Assembly (NCBI GenBank): GCA_024720975.1
Contig: JANJXX010000002.1
Coordinates: 64,001 to 128,000 of the forward strand
DNA length: 64,000 nucleotides
Direction of reading: 5' to 3'
From: Thermoproteota archaeon
Lineage (GTDB): Archaea > Asgardarchaeota > Njordarchaeia > Njordarchaeales > Panguiarchaeaceae
Shown here in pieces: positions 1-9,534 of this stretch (positions are counted from its first letter, which is position 1; every line of letters starts with the position of its first letter). The position numbers and the translations under genes are program-made. Below the pieces are notes generated by a model. The model ran no database searches. It was given only the letters and a program-made list of their open reading frames with translations, and had not been told where the DNA came from.

Positions 1-1103
1 CCCACTTTTAGTTGCATATCATCCTTTGGATTAAAGTACCACACAATATCACGCCTAATTCCAAGCAGGAATACTCCAAAGTTCTCTTCAACGTTTAGTT
101 CTCCTAATGTTTTGCCTGCAAGTTTGGATCCTTCTTCTACATGAAACAATGATATTTTTTCGTCTGCTGCACTAAATATTATCTTAAAGAATGAAGACAC
201 GTCGATACCTTTCTCTACTATCCGAGTTAATTTACTTGCTGAGTCCGTTATTCGCTCTGTAGCATCAATTATCGTAAATATACCTCTTAAATTCTCGATA
301 TCATCGAAGTGTCTGCTTATTCGCAAAGTATATAGGTAAAGAACCTCGCGCATGTAGTCTACCCATTCCTCGAGGCGCTTCACTTCTTTAACAATATCCT
401 CATCTTTCGTTAGTAGTGCGAAATAACTTAATATCAAACTTGTTTCGGCCATGTACTTAAGCGAAATCAAAATGTCAAGCAGACTTTTAAGGTGCTCGGA
501 GATACTCACTGAAGCTTGAGTTTTTCCTGGTTCTGACCCTACTAGGACTCTATATGCATCGCCAACACGTTCATCCGGACCTGTCAAGTACAAAACGTCA
601 TCGCACCAGATCTCGAAGTTACTTTGAGGATTTAGTATCCAGTGTTTGGCCCGCTTCACTGCAACAACTCTCATACCTGTTTGTTGCTCTATCTGATCTA
701 TTCGCATCTTAAATGCTTCCTTGTTAAGTACCTTTATTCGTATTGTTACTTCATCCGCTCGTAGCAACGCTTCTTTGAAGGCACTTCCTAGTGGAACTCC
801 CTCTATAGCAAGTTTTGATATATCAGCTGCGGCCTCAGAGATATCTTCCAGAGCACTCGCGAATAGGATTAGAGCATACATTTTTTCTGCTAGATTCATG
901 CCCCTTCCAGCCATTACTGCCCTCATGATAACATATCCGAGATACTCTGCGATTTTTGACTCGAGCTCGAGAGCTTTTTGAGCGGCTTCCTTGTCGTCAT
1001 ATATTACTGCAGAGTAGGCCAAATCTAACTGAATTTCCACGAGATCCTTTATTTGAACTAGTAGTTCCTTGAGAGATAGACTAGGTGTCTTAATTCTCGA
1101 CAT
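1..1103 (-). CDS. Tandem PhoU / TrkA-C (RCK-C) domain protein, runs off the window edge
   Basis: Not in ORF track. Manual translation from ATG 1103: MSRIKTPSLSLKELLVQIKDLVEIQLDLAYSAVIYDDKEAAQKALELE, typical of archaeal PhoU+TrkA-C repeat proteins. Confidence 0.8.
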   Translation of the reverse strand, partial: MSRIKTPSLSLKELLVQIKDLVEIQLDLAYSAVIYDDKEAAQKALELESKIAEYLGYVIMRAVMAGRGMNLAEKMYALILFASALEDISEAAADISKLAIEGVPLGSAFKEALLRADEVTIRIKVLNKEAFKMRIDQIEQQTGMRVVAVKRAKHWILNPQSNFEIWCDDVLYLTGPDERVGDAYRVLVGSEPGKTQASVSISEHLKSLLDILISLKYMAETSLILSYFALLTKDEDIVKEVKRLEEWVDYMREVLYLYTLRISRHFDDIENLRGIFTIIDATERITDSASKLTRIVEKGIDVSSFFKIIFSAADEKISLFHVEEGSKLAGKTLGELNVEENFGVFLLGIRRDIVWYFNPKDDMQLKV

Positions 1104-1202
1104 AAAGTCCAACCTAAATGCTACGTTTTCTTGAAACAGAACGCTAAAATCGCCGTTCCTTAAGGAAATAATTACAAATAATTGACATTTTATTTAAGTT
1201 CT

Positions 1203-2801
1203 TTACTCACACTTTATTCCTACTTTTTCTTCTATCGCTCTCTTTAAGTTTAGATATTGAGGACTTGGATAGTTTGCTGCCTCGAGCCCGCTTGGCAAAT
1301 CCTTAATGTACTCTTGAACAGTCTTGGTCCACGAGTCTCTTTCAAAGCCTTTTTGAGAAAGAAATGCTAACACCCACCGTTCCACACCGAAGCCACTGCA
1401 TCCCGTCCATAGGACACTTCCAGATGCATGTTGAACTCGAAATGCTCTAGTGTATTTGGCACCGTGTATAGAAATATTACCTATCTCAAGCCAACTTTTA
1501 TTATCATCTCTACTTCCCTTATATGGTAAGTAAGCCTCAAAATCTATTGTTCCCGGTTGGTTGATATCTATTTTATCACCCATTTCTTCTGTCTCACCAG
1601 CATGAACTAGAAACCATGGTGTCACCCAGGCCCATCGCCATTCTAGGTCAAGCACCTTGTCCATGAAATATTCATATCTTTCTAGTAGCTTGTTTCTTAT
1701 TTCTATCACTTGATCTGGTGTGCCTAACCATACAATTTCAATCCTATGAAATTCGACGAGTCTTTCTATGCCCCTTAAGCCGCCAGCACCTTCCCATCTG
1801 AAAGATGGGCCCGATCTATCAAACCACTTTATTGGTAGATGTTTTTCTGTAAATACCTTTTTTGACAAGAATTCATAAAAGGGCGGACATTGAGCAAAGC
1901 ACAAGTAGTATTTAGGTGATTCCAGGAAACTTTTTAAGAAGTCTGGGTTAGCCTCATTATATATTGTTACGTAGTCTTGCCATGGCTCGAATTCCTCAAT
2001 ATTGTATGACCTTGGAATGCTTGCAAATATCATTTGATTTGGCGTACCTTTAAGATGACCAGTCTTCAGACCTATGCTTATCGGTTCCATCTTTGGGAAT
2101 ATTGCCTCCATGAAGCCAAGCGGTTTTAGAATGATATCTATTAGCATTTCTTCAAACTTTCTTAGAATATGGGCGAATGGGGGAGTGAATAACCACTGCC
2201 CTGGTGCTACGTTACTTATCCATCCAATTTCTTCTAGTATAACGTTGGGATCATCTCTGAATTTTATTTCCTTCCTTTGACTCTCTTTTATTTTTTGCCA
2301 ATGCTCAATTTTTCCACCCCATTGTTTTCGCTGCTCTTTCTCAGTGATTAGATCAACCAATCTCTGGAAAATCGGTTTTTGAAGCAATGATTCATTGAGA
2401 GGCTTAAGAGTAATTATCGTCTGACCATTTGATGAAGCAATTTCTTCAATAATTGGTATATCGATATTGATCCTGAGTTCCCCATTAAGTATGACTTTTG
2501 GAGATTCCAGGGTTAGCTCTCGTATTCCTATCTTATAGTGCATTCCAAGAATTTTTAGCAGGAAATTCTTGATACGAAGTGCAGCAGTATGCACGGGTAT
2601 AAGTCTACCAGATTCTATCTCAAATGTTATTACATCATCTTTGAAGCTAAAGCTTATAATTCTAGCTCCGTCTTCCGGATTCTTAACTCCTCTTAGCAAA
2701 GTTTCTTCATTTAGCTTACTTACAATGTTTGTGAGCTCCTCCAGAAATTCTTCAGGTGGACTTTTTGAAAGCTTGATTCGTGCCTTACCATAAAACTTCA
2801 T
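1203..2801 (-). CDS. serS: Seryl-tRNA synthetase, methanogen (type 2, Zn-dependent) class
   Basis: AQCPPFY, FRWEG..GIERLVEFHRIE and TGCSGFGVERW motifs; large N-terminal domain of SerRS2 type. Confidence 0.88.
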   Translation of the reverse strand: MKFYGKARIKLSKSPPEEFLEELTNIVSKLNEETLLRGVKNPEDGARIISFSFKDDVITFEIESGRLIPVHTAALRIKNFLLKILGMHYKIGIRELTLESPKVILNGELRINIDIPIIEEIASSNGQTIITLKPLNESLLQKPIFQRLVDLITEKEQRKQWGGKIEHWQKIKESQRKEIKFRDDPNVILEEIGWISNVAPGQWLFTPPFAHILRKFEEMLIDIILKPLGFMEAIFPKMEPISIGLKTGHLKGTPNQMIFASIPRSYNIEEFEPWQDYVTIYNEANPDFLKSFLESPKYYLCFAQCPPFYEFLSKKVFTEKHLPIKWFDRSGPSFRWEGAGGLRGIERLVEFHRIEIVWLGTPDQVIEIRNKLLERYEYFMDKVLDLEWRWAWVTPWFLVHAGETEEMGDKIDINQPGTIDFEAYLPYKGSRDDNKSWLEIGNISIHGAKYTRAFRVQHASGSVLWTGCSGFGVERWVLAFLSQKGFERDSWTKTVQEYIKDLPSGLEAANYPSPQYLNLKRAIEEKVGIKCE

Positions 2802-2889
2802 TTAAATCACTTCTGAGAATGACCTTTGAGAATCTAAAGATTGTTTAGCGCATAAGGTAATCTTCAACATTAAGATTTTAAAGCGTTAT

Positions 2890-4125
2890 CTAGATCCAAT
2901 CTCCACTTTCAAGTTTTGAAGGTAGATACTTTTGAGTTAGGAATTTAAAGCCTTTGGAAGCAAGCGCTTGTATTTCTGCCTTCTCTTTATTTTTAAGCAT
3001 TATTTTTATCTCCTCAACATACTTAGGTCTTGCCTTGATAAATTCCTCTTCTAGTAATTGTAGAGCTCTATCCCTGTCCCTCGCAGAAAGCGGAATACGA
3101 ACATCCTTGAGTATTTGGTACTTGTCTAGATCGCTCGGTCTCACACCCAACCATTTTATATCAGGAGAGACTAAAAATTGAGACTCGTAAGAGAGTCTTT
3201 TTGATCCAATAGCATAGACTAATAATATGTGAAGACCATAGGGATCAGAGTCCACAAGACCAAAGACGGGGAGTTTAAGCTCCTTTACTAAAAGCTTTAG
3301 AAAAGCTCTTGTACCTATATCAGCCTGCCCCTTCCCAGTAATTATTATGCATGGATACTTATCATAGAACCTATCTTCGGCTAATCTGATAAAGGCTGCC
3401 TCCTTTTCAACAATAAGTATAAACTCTGCATCTGAATCCAGGATTTCCACGGTGTCTATTAGAGGTGTTATCGCTTTGCCGCCAGTCCCCATTTTGGTGC
3501 AATCTATTGTATCATCTCCTTCTTTAAATATGAGTCGACCTATAACTGCTCCCTTAGCGCTTGCAACAACACGTAGGGACCACCTATCGACACCAAGCAT
3601 CGCCGCAATGTCCTCAAGAGCCTCGTCGCTATCCCTTTGTTCCTCAAAGAGAACTACGTCATTATAAAAGATCTCCCTTTTTGTCGCATGTATATTCTCT
3701 TCAAGAAGTTCGTGAATTATATCTAGTATGCGTGCCATTATTGTAGCTTTTCTAATTGACTGCAGAGAGCTTAATGAACTACGACGGTATATTTGCTTAA
3801 GAAAAATTACGTCCTGAACATCATCATATATGACGTTTTTTGGATCTCTCGAGGGATAAACAAATTCTGGCACTTCTCCAGCTAAAATTCTCTTGAATAT
3901 TTCCTCTGTTAATGCATGTATCTGTTTATGAAGAACATCACGATGCTTCCTCTCTACTTTTATGGCGTTAGGCGGTACCTGTACCTCATGTTTACTTATG
4001 CGATCCAAAATGCTCTTTTTAAGTTCCTTAACTTTCTTAAGAACTACGCTGGATTTTAATGCTAAATCATCATGTGCTTTCTTTTGCATAACTTCACACT
4101 TTAGATCACTAGAATTAATACCCAA
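2890..4125 (-). CDS. top6A: DNA topoisomerase VI subunit A (Spo11 family)
   Basis: TKREIFY catalytic Tyr, VEKEA, DSDPYG TOPRIM motif, KAEIQAL. Confidence 0.95.
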   Translation of the reverse strand: MGINSSDLKCEVMQKKAHDDLALKSSVVLKKVKELKKSILDRISKHEVQVPPNAIKVERKHRDVLHKQIHALTEEIFKRILAGEVPEFVYPSRDPKNVIYDDVQDVIFLKQIYRRSSLSSLQSIRKATIMARILDIIHELLEENIHATKREIFYNDVVLFEEQRDSDEALEDIAAMLGVDRWSLRVVASAKGAVIGRLIFKEGDDTIDCTKMGTGGKAITPLIDTVEILDSDAEFILIVEKEAAFIRLAEDRFYDKYPCIIITGKGQADIGTRAFLKLLVKELKLPVFGLVDSDPYGLHILLVYAIGSKRLSYESQFLVSPDIKWLGVRPSDLDKYQILKDVRIPLSARDRDRALQLLEEEFIKARPKYVEEIKIMLKNKEKAEIQALASKGFKFLTQKYLPSKLESGDWI

Positions 4126-4276
4126 TTAATCATTTGCTTCTACCTATAAAAAGTTATCCTAACTCAACTAGACACACACAAGACTACAGCCTATTGTTCT
4201 CAGTTAGAATTTTTGGTACACACTTAAACATGTCAGGATATAGTCTTTCTGAAACTATTGGTCGGGGTGAGGGAAT

Positions 4277-4456
4277 ATGTACAAAATTTTGGGGAAATTT
4301 CGAAGACTAGCAATGCTCGTACTGGATAACAAAGGATCACAACTAGTTGAGGAAGGATTATTAATTGGACTGGCAATGATCCTATTCGTCATTATCGTAG
4401 GATTCATTAATGGTATTGTCGATTGGATAAACAGCCTTTCAAGTGTGATATTATGA
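4277..4456 (+). CDS. Flp-like / class III signal peptide prepilin (59 aa)
   Basis: Not in ORF track. MYKILGKFRRLAMLVLDNKG|SQLVEEGLLIGLAMILFVIIVGFINGIVDWINSLSSVIL; basic leader, KG cleavage site, Glu at +5, hydrophobic helix; GGTGA SD upstream; stop overlaps next ATG (ATGA). Confidence 0.75.
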   Translation: MYKILGKFRRLAMLVLDNKGSQLVEEGLLIGLAMILFVIIVGFINGIVDWINSLSSVIL

Positions 4457-4734
4457 TACGATACCAGTCATTAATTCTAAAAGCAGCAGAAAATCCAGAT
4501 AACATCATTAAGGAATTGCTAGACAATCTTCTTAAACTACCGAATGCCTTAATGTCATTCATAGCTGGAGTTATTCTCTTCATGCTTTATCTACTCCTAT
4601 TTGTTGGTATATTGGTAACAATCTGGGGAATCCTAGAATGGCTATCAGGTTGGAATGAAACTTCTGGTAAGAGAAACCTAATCAAGGGTACCTTGTTGAT
4701 ATTGATTGCTATAATTTTGGAGATCAGACTATGA
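4453..4734 (+). CDS. Small two-TM membrane protein (TrbC/VirB2 pilin-like pattern)
   Basis: Start at 4453 by ATGA coupling; two hydrophobic segments joined by WLSGWNETSGKRNL. Confidence 0.55.
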   Translation: MIRYQSLILKAAENPDNIIKELLDNLLKLPNALMSFIAGVILFMLYLLLFVGILVTIWGILEWLSGWNETSGKRNLIKGTLLILIAIILEIRL

Positions 4735-5342
4735 ATTCTCTACCTGATGTAGCAAGTATTGCCGTTATCTTAGCAACTGCTTCTATCTTTTCGATAGATT
4801 GCAAGATACTTTGGAGCAACTTAGGAAAACTAAAGTTTTACATTGACAGGCATGTGATTAGTCAGTATAGAATCGACATTGATATCATTTTAGCATTAAT
4901 TTCTACAAAGACTCGCTCAGTTAAATTCGCGATAGAATCTTTAGACGAGTTCAATGTACCAGAGAGCCTCAAAAGTGAACTCATAACACTAATAAATGAC
5001 ACAATTTTTCTAAAATACAAGGGTAAGAATCCAGAGAAAAAGTTTCCGCTGTTATATTCGATACTCACCTCAGGAGCGATTCATCCTTTAGGAAACATGC
5101 GGGAGGATGCATATTTCGCTTTAAAGAAGGAGTCTATAGAAAAGCAGCTTGCATCGTTAAGTGAGTTTGAGGACACAATGAGTTTTTACTTGTTTTTATT
5201 GTTTCTGCTTCCAATGATAATATATCAACTAGTATTCTTGACTGGAGCCCTCACACTTTTTATAGCTGTGGCGTTTTTCCACTTAATTATTTCCGTATAT
5301 CAGCGAAGAAAAATAAGCATGAGTAACAGAAATAGTAGTTAA
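4731..5342 (+). CDS. Membrane protein, possible divergent TadB/TadC (T2SS-F) platform protein
   Basis: LPD..IA.IL N-terminus, soluble middle, two C-terminal TM helices; ATGA-coupled downstream of pilin-like genes. Confidence 0.45.
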   Translation: MNSLPDVASIAVILATASIFSIDCKILWSNLGKLKFYIDRHVISQYRIDIDIILALISTKTRSVKFAIESLDEFNVPESLKSELITLINDTIFLKYKGKNPEKKFPLLYSILTSGAIHPLGNMREDAYFALKKESIEKQLASLSEFEDTMSFYLFLLFLLPMIIYQLVFLTGALTLFIAVAFFHLIISVYQRRKISMSNRNSS

Positions 5343-5360
5343 TAGTAGCAGTGGAGAACA

Positions 5361-7010
5361 CTAAATTTCTTCTTCAGGCTCTTTTTCCCCTACCTCTGTT
5401 TCCTCCTTTTTGAGTTCAAAGGCTTCTTTTGCAGCTATGATATCATCTATTCGGAGCAGCATTATTGCCGCTTCAACAGCGGATTCGATAGCATTCTTTT
5501 TGACAACGTATGGATCAACGTATCCTAGCTGTATCATATCCGCTAATCTACCCTCTATAACATCAACACCGTATGTGTATTTACCTTGTGCATGGAATGT
5601 TCTTAACTTGTTAAGATCCTCAATTGGATCTAGACCCGCTGTCTCAATAAGTATGCTTGGAATCGATTCTATTGCATCGGCGAAAGCTTTAACCACTAGG
5701 CTTTGTCGCCCAGTTAGTTCTTTCTCGGCGATTTTTCTTAACTTTGTTGCTATCGCCATTTCAGGTGCTCCCCCAGCAGGAATTATCCTTGGATCTAACA
5801 TAACGTTTCTAACTCCATTAAGAACATCTTTTAGATTTCTTTCAGCTTCCTCTATAGTTAATTTAGAACCACCACGAATTAGAATAGACACTGCTCGCGG
5901 ATTCTTGCAGCCACGAATAAACAACATTGTTTCATCCCCGACTTTTTTCTCTTCGACGACATTTGCAAAGCCTAGTGCATTTGGACTTAGAAACTCCTCA
6001 TTCTGTATTATTTTTGCTCCTGTGGCTTTTGCAAGTTTTTCTATATCACTCTTCTTGACCCTCCTTACTGCTATTATTCCTTGCTTAGCTAAGTAATGCT
6101 GTACTACATCATCAATGCCTTTTTGGCATATGACAACGTTTGCACCTGTGTTTATTATCTTCTCGGCCATTTCCCTGAGTTTTTCTTTTTCCCAACGCAG
6201 GAGTGTATCAATCGATGTTTTTCCAGCAAATATATGAACATCCGCAAATTCACTCTTTTCAAGCTCTAGTGAGTAAGCAACTAGCAATATCTTTGCATTT
6301 TCGATTCTCCTTGGCATTCTGTGATGAACTATTTCTTTGTCGAGTACGATACCATATATCAACTCCGTATCTAGTAAATTACCACCTTCCTTCTTTTCAA
6401 TCTTTATTTCATCAAGTGGTATTATACGCTTTCCGTTTTCCTCATACATTATTGTTCTTATTGCGTCATAGGCTATATTTGAAAAGTGATCCGCGTATGG
6501 TGCTATGGCTTTGGATGCGATACAGGTTTTAGCGACTTTAAGAACATCTTCTCTTTTTTCCGGGTCGATTTTTATCGCTAGATCATTTAATATCTCTAGA
6601 GACTTCTTAAGAGCAAACTGATATCCGTCGATAATCTTAGTAGGATGAATATCGTTATCAAGTAGCTCCTCGGCTCTGCCCAATAACTCGCCAGCAAGAA
6701 CAACAACTGTAGTAGTGCCGTCTCCGACTTCTATATCTTGCGTCTTCGATAGTTTTGCTAAAAATTTCGCACCAGGATGTACAATATCTATCTCATCTAG
6801 TATCGCTGCACCATCATTACTAATAACAACATCCCCAAACTGGTCGATAAGCATCTTATCTAATCCTCGCGGTCCTAAGCTTGTCTTCATCATTCTTGAA
6901 AGCGTTGTTGCCGCCAGGATGTTGTTTCTGAGTGCCTCCGTGCCGTATGTTCTCCTCGTACCTTCTTTCAATACTAGAACGGGGATTGCTCTCTTCGCCT
7001 CGCTAGCCAT
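5361..7010 (-). CDS. thsA: Thermosome (group II chaperonin) subunit
   Basis: LGPRGLDKM, NDGAAIL, GDGTTT, GGAPE motifs. Confidence 0.96.
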   Translation of the reverse strand: MASEAKRAIPVLVLKEGTRRTYGTEALRNNILAATTLSRMMKTSLGPRGLDKMLIDQFGDVVISNDGAAILDEIDIVHPGAKFLAKLSKTQDIEVGDGTTTVVVLAGELLGRAEELLDNDIHPTKIIDGYQFALKKSLEILNDLAIKIDPEKREDVLKVAKTCIASKAIAPYADHFSNIAYDAIRTIMYEENGKRIIPLDEIKIEKKEGGNLLDTELIYGIVLDKEIVHHRMPRRIENAKILLVAYSLELEKSEFADVHIFAGKTSIDTLLRWEKEKLREMAEKIINTGANVVICQKGIDDVVQHYLAKQGIIAVRRVKKSDIEKLAKATGAKIIQNEEFLSPNALGFANVVEEKKVGDETMLFIRGCKNPRAVSILIRGGSKLTIEEAERNLKDVLNGVRNVMLDPRIIPAGGAPEMAIATKLRKIAEKELTGRQSLVVKAFADAIESIPSILIETAGLDPIEDLNKLRTFHAQGKYTYGVDVIEGRLADMIQLGYVDPYVVKKNAIESAVEAAIMLLRIDDIIAAKEAFELKKEETEVGEKEPEEEI

Positions 7011-7271
7011 ATTATATCACCCATTTCAGCTTTCTTGTAATCCCATTAGAAGTATTTAAGACTGTCTATTTACGACCGTCAGGTTTTTGAATGCTCTTGC
7101 AGAAAAACTTCCAAATCAAATTGATGCATTAAAGAGTGTATTAAACAAATAGCCAACAAATATCGTAGAAACCATAAGAGCTGTCTAGAATTGAATTTCA
7201 ACATTGAATAGTAAGAATATATTTGTAGGTGCTGCTGTTTCTTGCTAGGTGGAGTCTTTATCGAGTAAGAA

Positions 7272-7334
7272 AAACTCAGTGTAACTATGATTCTTCATCG
7301 CTATGCTCTGGCTTGCCGGGTTTTCATCATCGTG
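7272..7334 (-). ncRNA. Box C/D sRNA; D guide matches 23S rRNA helix 69
   Basis: Minus strand: C ATGATGA - AAACCCGGCAAGC - D' CAGA - C' ATGAAGA - ATCATAGTTACA - D CTGA; intergenic. Confidence 0.8.
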
Positions 7335-7501
7335 AAGTTCCAATACTCAAAGTTCATTTTATATTGAGTTTTTATCAGCGGGATTTTTTAGTGAGACAAA
7401 TATAAAATAATTTAAGCGATATAGTTTAATTTAGTGATGTGCACCTCACGCGTCACCTGAAACCTGAATGATTGACACTCGCATTTAAAATGTGATCGAA
7501 T

Positions 7502-7990
7502 ATGGCGGAAGATGAGTTAAAAGAATTAACTCCCGAGGAAATAGAAGCTTTAAGAACAATTTTCGCCAAGGAAGTCTCCGTAGGTCCTACCGAGGAAATC
7601 AAACTAATGGTTCATACTGAGTTGGAACAATTGTTATATAATAATGCCGACATACAAACTACACTACTGGTGGACTCTGCCGGCTTTCCAGTTGATTTTA
7701 TATCCAAACAAGAAACTAAACTTCAAGGAGAAGATTCCCTTATTATAGCTAGTGCTAACTTTTGGGGACTCTTTGCAACGGCAGAACGCGAAAGTTTAGG
7801 TATCAATCTAGGACACGTCAAAATGATAATCACCAGAACACAAAATGGTTTTATCTTTATAACAAAATGCGGGGAAAACTTTGCCCTAGTTGCGATAGTC
7901 AAGCCCCAAGCAAAATTAGGCGTCATCATGAGAGAACTCGAAGCAACGGCAAAAAGAATAGCTGAAAAACTGTCAGGATTCACCATATAA
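7502..7990 (+). CDS. Roadblock/LC7 (MglB-like) protein with acidic N-terminal extension
   Basis: LLVDSAGFPV, AERESLGINLG, AKLGVIMREL roadblock pattern. Confidence 0.85.
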   Translation: MAEDELKELTPEEIEALRTIFAKEVSVGPTEEIKLMVHTELEQLLYNNADIQTTLLVDSAGFPVDFISKQETKLQGEDSLIIASANFWGLFATAERESLGINLGHVKMIITRTQNGFIFITKCGENFALVAIVKPQAKLGVIMRELEATAKRIAEKLSGFTI

Positions 7991-8013
7991 TCTAGCTCAT
8001 GGTGCTCTAAATA

Positions 8014-9015
8014 TTAGATCTTTTCTGCTACAAAACCCAGATACCTCCCGATACTTTTTAGTATTGGCGCTTGCGATAGCATTTCATCAAACTTACATAG
8101 CACCGAATGAATTCTTAGAAACTTTCTCAACTTAAAATTCATGGGAAGCATCGAGAAAATGCTCCTAAATTGTGTTAATCTAAAGCCATGCATACTCAGT
8201 AATTTCTTAGTTTCTAGAATGGTGTAGAAGTGAGTGGGTATCTTCACAAAACCATTTTTTGTAGGAATTCTGATGAAAGCAAATGGCCTATCCGCATATT
8301 TTATAGTCTTAGAAAGCAGGGAAATGCTCCTGACAACCTTTATGATCCAATCAAGAGAGTATCTGTTAATAACTGTTCCTATAAAAACTCCCGCAGGCTT
8401 AATGACACGAGAAATTTCCTTAAATGCATGAGGATAAAATATCGAATGATCCAAGGCTCCAAATATTGCGAGGACGATATCAAACGTCGCACTCTTAAAA
8501 GGTAAGAACTCAGCTGGAACGCAAACAAAATCTACATTATCTAAAGATAAGGCTTTAGAGATTCTCTTTGCCTCAAACAGTGCATTTAAAGAAATATCCG
8601 CTCCCACAGCTTTAAACCTTACTTCATTATATGCAGTCCTGAGGTACTTAATAACGAGCCATAGTTCCCAGCCACTTCCACAACCAATGGCCAGAATTTT
8701 AATGTCCTTTGCCTTTTTATTTCTCATGAGATGATTTATCCCATGTAAAATAAGCCTTGCCTGCTGCTTCCTTAAGTACTTAAGCCAATCACTTCTTTGA
8801 ACACTCCAAGTATTTGGTGGAATCTTTCTGTATGCAATAATAATCTTCTTAAGATGCTTATGAAGAACCCGCGGATAAAGTATTGGAACACCCCCATGTA
8901 CCCTAAAAACCTCGTTCCTAGATCTTATATAACCACTTATGATCTCGTCACCGGATCTTCTTACACATAATTCATCAACCTGAAGCGATAAGATGTCAAT
9001 TAGCCAATCACGCAT
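8014..9015 (-). CDS. Class I SAM methyltransferase fused to an N-terminal Trm112-like domain
   Basis: ILAIGCGSG, GADIS, AEFLPF...FD, EISRVIKPAG; N-terminus WLIDIL...EIISG...VHGGVPIL. Confidence 0.8.
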   Translation of the reverse strand: MRDWLIDILSLQVDELCVRRSGDEIISGYIRSRNEVFRVHGGVPILYPRVLHKHLKKIIIAYRKIPPNTWSVQRSDWLKYLRKQQARLILHGINHLMRNKKAKDIKILAIGCGSGWELWLVIKYLRTAYNEVRFKAVGADISLNALFEAKRISKALSLDNVDFVCVPAEFLPFKSATFDIVLAIFGALDHSIFYPHAFKEISRVIKPAGVFIGTVINRYSLDWIIKVVRSISLLSKTIKYADRPFAFIRIPTKNGFVKIPTHFYTILETKKLLSMHGFRLTQFRSIFSMLPMNFKLRKFLRIHSVLCKFDEMLSQAPILKSIGRYLGFVAEKI

Positions 9016-9416
9016 CTAACGCCCCATTATGACTACTCTTTTCCGTTCAGTTGGATTTAATAAATGTATGGTATCAAGTAGGCTATTTAGATGCTTAATA
9101 TATCACCCTCAAATTGTTGGTAGTAACTACTGCTAAGGTCCCTCTAGCCATATAAGATATTGTTGACGTTTTTCTGACTGGATTACATGCTACATAAAAC
9201 AATACAGATTCATTCTATTTGAGGTTAATTACGCTTTGCTCTCTATCAACTACTATTATAATCGATTATAATCGATAGGCGATGTGACGGAAGGTATCAT
9301 CATAGGCTGAAAATCGGTAACGCAACAACTAATGATAAATTTATAAACTTTGAATATGTGGAATAACAGATATGAAGATCTGCGCTGCTAATATCATTGA
9401 AAGGTATACATCCTAA

Positions 9417-9501
9417 GCCCCGGTGGTGTAGTGGCCAAGCATCCCGGCCTTTCAGCTGAGAAGAAAGCCGGGGATCGCGGGTTCAAATCCCGCCCGGGGC
9501 A
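9417..9501 (+). tRNA. tRNA-Glu(UUC) with 11-nt intron at 37/38
   Basis: Acceptor GCCCCGG/CCGGGGC; anticodon arm CCGGC-CTTTCA[GCTGAGAAGAA]A-GCCGG; T loop TTCAAAT. Confidence 0.92.
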
Positions 9502-9534
9502 ATAAATCATTCATGAAATTGTTTAATAAGAGAA

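Noticed and set aside
5410-7059. Plus-strand ORFs (228, 109, 114 aa) opposite the thermosome, and similar antisense ORFs elsewhere
   Set aside because: Lie opposite well-supported genes, are Ser/Ile-rich and have no motifs
7434-7495. Possible plus-strand C/D sRNA (GTGATGT...CTGA...ATGATTG...GTGA)
   Set aside because: Three boxes are degenerate, spacers are 16-17 nt, and a partial 16S match is not positioned next to a D box; not excluded, but unsupported
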